A stretch of 64,000 nucleotides of DNA, taken from positions 64,949,692 to 65,013,691 of the forward strand of contig NC_068988.1 of the NCBI RefSeq assembly GCF_001194135.2, given 5' to 3'. Position 1 is the first letter of the stretch. Every line of letters starts with the position of its first letter. The translations under genes were made by a program, and so were the position numbers. This stretch comes from Octopus bimaculoides (taxonomy: Eukaryota). This document shows positions 63,616 to 64,000 of the stretch, one piece after another. The notes beneath the pieces are model-generated. The model was given only the letters and a program-made list of their open reading frames with translations. It searched no databases and was not told where the DNA came from.

Positions 63616-64000
63616 TTAGGTTGGCAACTAAGTTTCCGCCGTTTTTTTTTTAATTAAATTTTTTTAAAAGGTTTAATTAAAAGAAATAACAACTAATTAA
63701 TCAATAATGTATTCACGCTTGTTGCTTACAACTTCTTCCCAACGTTCAACAAGATTTTCAACACCTCGTTGGTAGAAATCACCCGATTTCGACTCGAAAA
63801 ATTGATCCAACCAAAGCTCTCAATTTTGCATCAGTATTGAACGAAACTCCGCGCATAGCATTTGAAAGAGATCGAAAGAGGTGGAAATCCGTTGGTGCCA
63901 AATTAGGAGAGTACGGCGGGTGTGGCAGCACTTCCCAGCCATGCGTCTGAATGGCTTCCTTGGTCGTATTGGCGATATGAGGGCGGGCGTTGTCGTACAG
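63616..64000 (-). mobile_element. Mariner transposon 3' end (frameshifted transposase), truncated by the window edge
   Basis: TA|TTAGGTTGGCAACTAAGTTTCCGCCG TIR. Minus strand reads LYDNARPHIANTTKEAIQTHGWEVLPHPPYSPNLAPTDFHLFRSL..(1-nt frameshift near 63813)..WLDQFFESKSGDFYQRGVENLVERWEEVVSNKREYIID* (stop 63697-63699). Confidence 0.93.

Overview
AT-rich, microsatellite- and SINE-dense eukaryotic scaffold with 10 N-gaps. The repeat repertoire and the tandem C2H2 gene point to an Octopus (coleoid cephalopod) genome; this is an inference. Two protein-coding genes are present. (1) The 3' half of a CELF3-6/Bruno-3/UNC-75-type RNA-binding protein gene on the + strand, with six coding exons (859-36840) covering the end of RRM2, the linker and RRM3; one expected linker exon is not visible and may lie in a gap. 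(2) A 20-finger C2H2 zinc-finger gene on the - strand with a single coding exon (52914-54686). The rest is tRNA-derived SINEs, LINE relics (CR1-group, R4/Dong, CRE, Penelope), piggyBac-type MITEs, two Tc1/mariner relics and a 1093-bp solo LTR. Two observations stand out. First, an 8-unit motif array (40046-40660) combines tandem TTGGTGT (CELF-type GU sites), a TAGTAGCCATACTCAG motif and ACTAAC (branch-point/STAR-protein element). It lies just upstream of a strong acceptor that could close a 3'-UTR intron opened 27 nt after the CELF stop codon, making it a candidate autoregulatory terminal-exon switch. Second, at least four different GG-ended palindromic DNA elements with 8-bp target-site duplications (41, 78, 334 and 622 bp; Merlin-like) cluster between 45.7 and 57.5 kb, three of them with telomere-like cores. 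No database search or computation was run; all assignments come from reading the sequence.
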